Part shown: in pieces, positions 16,998 to 20,500 of the stretch | Layout of the letters: each line of letters begins with the position of its first letter | Position numbering within the stretch: the stretch's first letter is position 1 | Source: a virus | Taxonomy: Duplodnaviria; Heunggongvirae; Uroviricota; Caudoviricetes | DNA: 20,500 bases | IMG/VR virus record: IMGVR_UViG_2778261532_000014 | Strand: one strand, 5' to 3' | Position numbers and translations under genes: made by a program | The notes under the pieces: generated by a model | Seen by the model: the letters and a program-made list of their open reading frames with translations, nothing else | The model's database searches: none | Told to the model about the DNA's origin: nothing

Positions 16998-18056
16998 ATG
17001 AAAAATACTGTAAAAATAAACAGTGTTGATTTGATCAACGCTGATTGCCTGCATTTTATTCAGTCCCTGCCTGATGATTCCATTGACCTGATTGTTACCG
17101 ATCCGCCGTACTTCAAGGTGAAACCCAACGGCTGGGACAATCAGTGGAAAGGGGACGAAGGTTACCTTAAGTGGCTGGACCACTGTCTGGCCCAGTTCTG
17201 GCGGGTGTTGAAACCTGCCGGAAGCCTTTACCTGTTCTGTGGACATCGCCTGGCATCTGATATTGAGATCATGATGCGTGAACGTTTCAACGTGCTTAAC
17301 CATATCATCTGGGCGAAGCCGTCCGGACGTTGGAACGGGTGCAACAAGGAAAGCCTGCGGGCGTATTTTCCGGCAACAGAGCGCATTCTGTTTGCCGGAC
17401 ATTATCAGGGGCCATATCAGCTAAAAAATGATGGCTATGCGGCAAAGGGCAGGGCTCTGAAACAGCATGTGATGGCCCCGCTGATTTCTTACTTTTGTGA
17501 TGCGCGTGCGGCCCTGGGGATTACGGCAAAACAGATTGTGGATGCTACAGGAAAGAAAAACATGGTGTCGCACTGGTTCAGTGCCAGTCAGTGGCAGCTA
17601 CCGAATGAAAGCGATTATCTGAAATTACAGGCACTGTTTGCCCGAGTGGCAGAAGAGAAGCACCAGTGCGGAGAACTGGAAAAGCCACATTACCAACTGG
17701 TCAGCACATACAGTGAACTGAACCGGCAGTATACGGAACTGCTGAGTGAATATAAAAATTTGCGGCGGTATTTCGGTGTGACTGTGCAGGTGCCGTACAC
17801 CGATGTGTGGACGCATAAACCGGTGCAGTACTATCCCGGGAAGCACCCGTGCGAAAAACCGGCAGAAATGTTGCAGCAGATAATCAGCGCAAGCAGCCGT
17901 CCGGGAGACCTGGTTGCAGATTTCTTCATGGGGTCAGGTTCGACAGTCAAAGCAGCGATGGCGCAGGGACGTCGTGTGATTGGTGTTGAGCTGGAGACTG
18001 AGCGTTTTGAGCAGACGGTCAGGGAAGTACAGGATTTAGTCAGTCAGAACGGATGA
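16998..18056 (+). CDS. Orphan N6-adenine DNA methyltransferase (beta-class, DPPY motif)
   Basis: 352-aa ORF; motif IV TDPPYF near N-terminus and motif I FFMGSGST near C-terminus; no adjacent restriction endonuclease gene. Confidence 0.9.
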   Translation: MKNTVKINSVDLINADCLHFIQSLPDDSIDLIVTDPPYFKVKPNGWDNQWKGDEGYLKWLDHCLAQFWRVLKPAGSLYLFCGHRLASDIEIMMRERFNVLNHIIWAKPSGRWNGCNKESLRAYFPATERILFAGHYQGPYQLKNDGYAAKGRALKQHVMAPLISYFCDARAALGITAKQIVDATGKKNMVSHWFSASQWQLPNESDYLKLQALFARVAEEKHQCGELEKPHYQLVSTYSELNRQYTELLSEYKNLRRYFGVTVQVPYTDVWTHKPVQYYPGKHPCEKPAEMLQQIISASSRPGDLVADFFMGSGSTVKAAMAQGRRVIGVELETERFEQTVREVQDLVSQNG

Positions 18057-18096
18057 ACTTGCAGAATTAGTTACGTACCGTTATTATCCTGCGCCC

Positions 18097-18172
18097 GGCC
18101 CTTTAGCTCAGTGGTTAGAGCGAGCGACTCATAATCGCCAGGTCGCTGGTTCAAATCCAGCAAGGGCCACCA
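18097..18172 (+). tRNA. tRNA-Ile2 (anticodon CAU; ileX/ileZ-like; Met not excluded)
   Basis: 76 nt; perfect 7-bp acceptor stem, D-arm GCTC/GAGC, anticodon loop CTCATAA, T-arm GCTGG-TTCAAAT-CCAGC, encoded CCA; close to E. coli ileX as recalled. Confidence 0.85.
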
Positions 18173-18174
18173 TT

Positions 18175-18251
18175 CCGCCACCAGCTCATCTGGATAGAGC
18201 ATCAGCCTTCTAAGTTGATTGTGCGAGGTTCGAGCACCCGGTGGCGGACCA
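18175..18251 (+). tRNA. tRNA-Arg (anticodon UCU, AGA-decoding) with imperfect T-stem
   Basis: 77 nt; perfect acceptor stem CCGCCAC/GTGGCGG, canonical D-arm, anticodon loop CTTCTAA, encoded CCA; T-stem has two mismatches including position 53-61. Confidence 0.6.
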
Positions 18252-18790
18252 TTCCATGCAAGTTTAGCTGGCAGCGCTATTAGCTCGGCGTAATTGGGAT
18301 ATTCGTCAGGCTCTGTTAGTTCACCATATTGCGTCATAGATTTTCTATCAACGATACAATTAACGTTAAATGTTGCAAAAACTCCTGCTGATGTAAGTCT
18401 TGCGATCTGTTATTCCCGGAGTGTTTCCTGTTATTTATTGCGACAACTGAATCAGTGTGTTCCCAAATCGTTTATATTTGTGTTAGTTTTTACGCAATCT
18501 CCTGTGCGAAATCAGAATTCTGGATGGAATAACATAAACTGTATGTAATTGATACAGATTTATACATATTTTTAAATCTGAAAACTAATTAGTTTTTGAT
18601 GTCATATGAATTATCGGTAATATTACTCCCGACCCGGAAGACAGCAAGTTTATGTTCACAGCGGTGTTCCCCGCTGTCTTGCGGTTCATTGTAGGCTTCC
18701 GTTCAATCATATTGAAGGTCTGTTATCAGTATCATTATTGTGGTTACGGAGGCCTGCTCTTTATTCAGGTATCGTATAGTAGCTATTACC

Positions 18791-18836
18791 GCAGCCTTCT
18801 GGGTTGGCGATGCAGGTTCGATTCCTGTTCTCCACA
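18791..18836 (+). other. tRNA-like 3' fragment (anticodon-arm-like plus T-arm with B-box)
   Basis: GCAGG-TTCGATT-CCTGT T-arm (B-box GGTTCGATTCC at 18815-18825) preceded by a loop CTTCTGG with UCU; no matching 5' acceptor strand or D-arm found. Confidence 0.35.
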
Positions 18837-18992
18837 ACTTCATTGTTTTATTTCTGACGGACTTTTACAGCACTGGCGGTTTTCCGAGTTGAATAATAGT
18901 TCAGGTTTTTTATTGTTCTCCATTCTGCAATAGCGGATACAGTGCTGTTCTTTTTTTTGTTCATGAAGTTGCGTTATTGGAAAAAAGTCGTT

Positions 18993-19068
18993 GCCAGAAT
19001 GAGTCGTTGCCTGTTTTGGTGCCTGCGATTTGCCAGAATTGCGTTGCAATCTGACGACTCATTCTGGC
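18993..19068. repeat. 15-bp perfect inverted repeat with 46-nt spacer
   Basis: gccagaatgagtcgt (18993-19007) and acgactcattctggc (19054-19068); the spacer contains a third gccagaat copy. Confidence 0.5.
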
Positions 19069-19122
19069 GGCGACCATACTTAAAATAAACGCTGTTCCAC
19101 TCTTACATGTTGAATGTGTTAG

Positions 19123-19147
19123 CCCGTCTCCGGACGGGTATTTTTTT
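19123..19147 (+). terminator. Rho-independent terminator
   Basis: cccgtc-tccg-gacggg hairpin followed by TA + T7. Confidence 0.65.
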
Positions 19148-19320
19148 GCCTGTAGCCAGGCCCGCTACTGCGAGCTTTTTTCATATCCGCGCCACGTCCG
19201 GTGCACATCAAAAACCACAGAGCCTTTCAGGGGGGGGGAGCTTACGGGATGGTCGGTGTGACTTTCTCTGTGGGCTGCTCATCCCGGGGCGAGGCTCTCC
19301 CACTAAAAGGAAACGTCACG

Positions 19321-19746
19321 ATGTTTGGTATTTTCAAAAAGAAAACCTGCAAGGCGATTGTTGAGGTGAAGAAGATGGAAAATCGCGATGCGGTGGAAGC
19401 GACCGTCTGGGGCGCATATTCCATTGCATATGCTGACGGTACCTGCGACGCGAAAGAAATCGCAGTGCTGGAGAAAACCATTGCAGCACTTCCGGCCTTT
19501 GCGCTGTTCTCAGGTGAGATTGCCCAGATGAGCGCCAATATCCGCGCCCGTTATGAAGCATCCCCGCGTTCTGCCAATGCTGAAGCCCTCCGTCAGCTGG
19601 CTGACGTGGCAGGGACAACAGAGGCGGTTGACGTACTGTGCCTCTGTCTGGATATCGCTGACCAGGATAGCATTAGTCCGGATGAAGAAGCGCAGCTCAA
19701 GAAAATTGCACAGGCGCTTCAGTTACCACTGGAGCAGTATCTGTGA
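19321..19746 (+). CDS. TerB-like (tellurite-resistance TerB family) protein
   Basis: 141 aa from ATG 19321 with AAGGA RBS; paired-helix pattern with conserved acidic positions resembles the TerB fold; the longer ORF from 19201 lacks an RBS. Confidence 0.7.
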   Translation: MFGIFKKKTCKAIVEVKKMENRDAVEATVWGAYSIAYADGTCDAKEIAVLEKTIAALPAFALFSGEIAQMSANIRARYEASPRSANAEALRQLADVAGTTEAVDVLCLCLDIADQDSISPDEEAQLKKIAQALQLPLEQYL

Positions 19747-19992
19747 AAAGTGCACGTCTTGTGCTGGCTGCCATCCTGCTGTTTCTGGTAGTGGCAGTAG
19801 ATTTTGCCGGACGGCTGATGTCGGTTCTGGCTGATGGCGTGCTGGTAGCGATGGTGATGGTTGTTCTCTGGCCTTTACTGCGCAAATCTGAATAACACCA
19901 CACAAAAGGCATCTGTGGGTGCAGGTGTCTTTGACGGGGTGTTTTTTGGTGGGCCGCTGGTGGCTCTTTTTTATTTACAGGAGAAAAAAGGT

Positions 19993-20382
19993 ATGTCTGA
20001 ACCCTTGTCCGGTTCCGGTACGGCCGCGGCGCTCGGCGGGGCGACGGTATTCGGGCTGTTCACCGGAACGGATTTCGGGATTGTGTTTGGTGCCTTTGCC
20101 GGTGCGCTGTTTGTGGCAACAATGCCGCAGACGCTTTCAGCCTGGCGTGTGGCTGCACATTTCCTGGTGTCCTTTATTGTTGGTGTTCTTGGGGCCCGTG
20201 GTGTGGCGGGGTATATGGCGGAGCGTATTGGGTTTGACAGCGCTTCCGTTGATGCGTTGTGTGCAGTACTGGTGTCGGTGGTTTCAGTAAAGGTCCTGTC
20301 ATTCATCCATCAGCAGGATATTACATCGCTGGTATCCGGTCTGTTCTCCCGTCAACGGGGAGGTGGTGGTAATGGCAAATAA
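19993..20382 (+). CDS. Gly/Ala-rich multi-TM membrane protein (possible holin-like protein)
   Basis: 129 aa from ATG 19993 with AGGAG RBS; glycine-zipper-like hydrophobic segments; the ORF-track start at 19861 lacks an RBS. Confidence 0.55.
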   Translation: MSEPLSGSGTAAALGGATVFGLFTGTDFGIVFGAFAGALFVATMPQTLSAWRVAAHFLVSFIVGVLGARGVAGYMAERIGFDSASVDALCAVLVSVVSVKVLSFIHQQDITSLVSGLFSRQRGGGGNGK

Positions 20383-20500
20383 TCTTCCCGGATTGCTGAA
20401 TGTGGCGTTGTGTACGGTTATCGTGCTGACGCTTTTTTTCTACCGCAGAAAAGCGTCCCGACACAAACCGCTGATATCGTGGTGTGCCTGGTGTCTGATG
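20372..20500 (+). CDS. Partial ORF (5' end only) encoding small membrane protein
   Basis: ATG 20372 overlapping the upstream stop; hydrophobic N-terminus LLNVALCTVIVLTLFF then basic stretch; runs off window end. Confidence 0.3.
   Translation, partial: MANNLPGLLNVALCTVIVLTLFFYRRKASRHKPLISWCAWCLM

Noticed and set aside
16782-17402. 206-aa minus-strand ORF overlapping the methyltransferase start
   Set aside because: Antisense to a well-supported methyltransferase gene with clear motifs; Arg/Pro-rich composition typical of an off-frame translation; no RBS.
18097-18251. tRNAs as the integration site of this prophage
   Set aside because: They are about 17 kb from the integrase, embedded between phage genes and downstream of Q, matching the phage-borne tRNA position in Stx-type phages.
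18071-18337. 88-aa minus-strand ORF across the tRNA genes
   Set aside because: Overlaps two structurally sound tRNAs on the opposite strand; no coding signal.
19201-19320. Longer 181-aa version of the TerB-like gene starting at 19201
   Set aside because: Start lies immediately after the terminator, spans the poly-G tract and has no RBS; ATG 19321 has a good RBS.
1-20500. CRISPR array, insertion sequence or transposase
   Set aside because: No regularly spaced direct repeats with unique spacers and no transposase-like ORF were seen; the repeats found are iterons or isolated inverted repeats.

Overview
The window looks like the left arm of a mosaic lambdoid prophage (CPS-53/KplE1-like early-left genes, Rac/DLP12-like Q) in an E. 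coli-like Enterobacteriaceae genome. Gene order: tyrosine integrase (1-1224, attachment site presumably upstream of the window); an AT-rich minus-strand cargo operon (GHKL kinase-like ATPase, STAS-like protein, 1-TM protein; 1519-3428); a leftward early operon (yfdP/Q/R/S-like, DUF551, excisionase-like; 4207-7449); a cI/cro immunity switch (8118-9083); CII-like, replication initiator with internal iterons, and a nin-like region (PerC-like, LexA-DNA-binding-domain-only, RusA, KilA-N, DUF968); antiterminator Q (14590-14952); a second AT-rich convergent cassette (313-aa protein plus 4-TM protein; 14976-16364); an orphan N6-adenine DNA methyltransferase; tRNA-Ile2 and tRNA-Arg(UCU); about 1 kb of structured non-coding DNA; then a TerB-like protein and membrane proteins. 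The two AT-rich cassettes are the best candidates for undescribed accessory or defence systems. All calls rest on motif recognition and reading the sequence by eye; no database search was run. No CRISPR array or IS element was seen.
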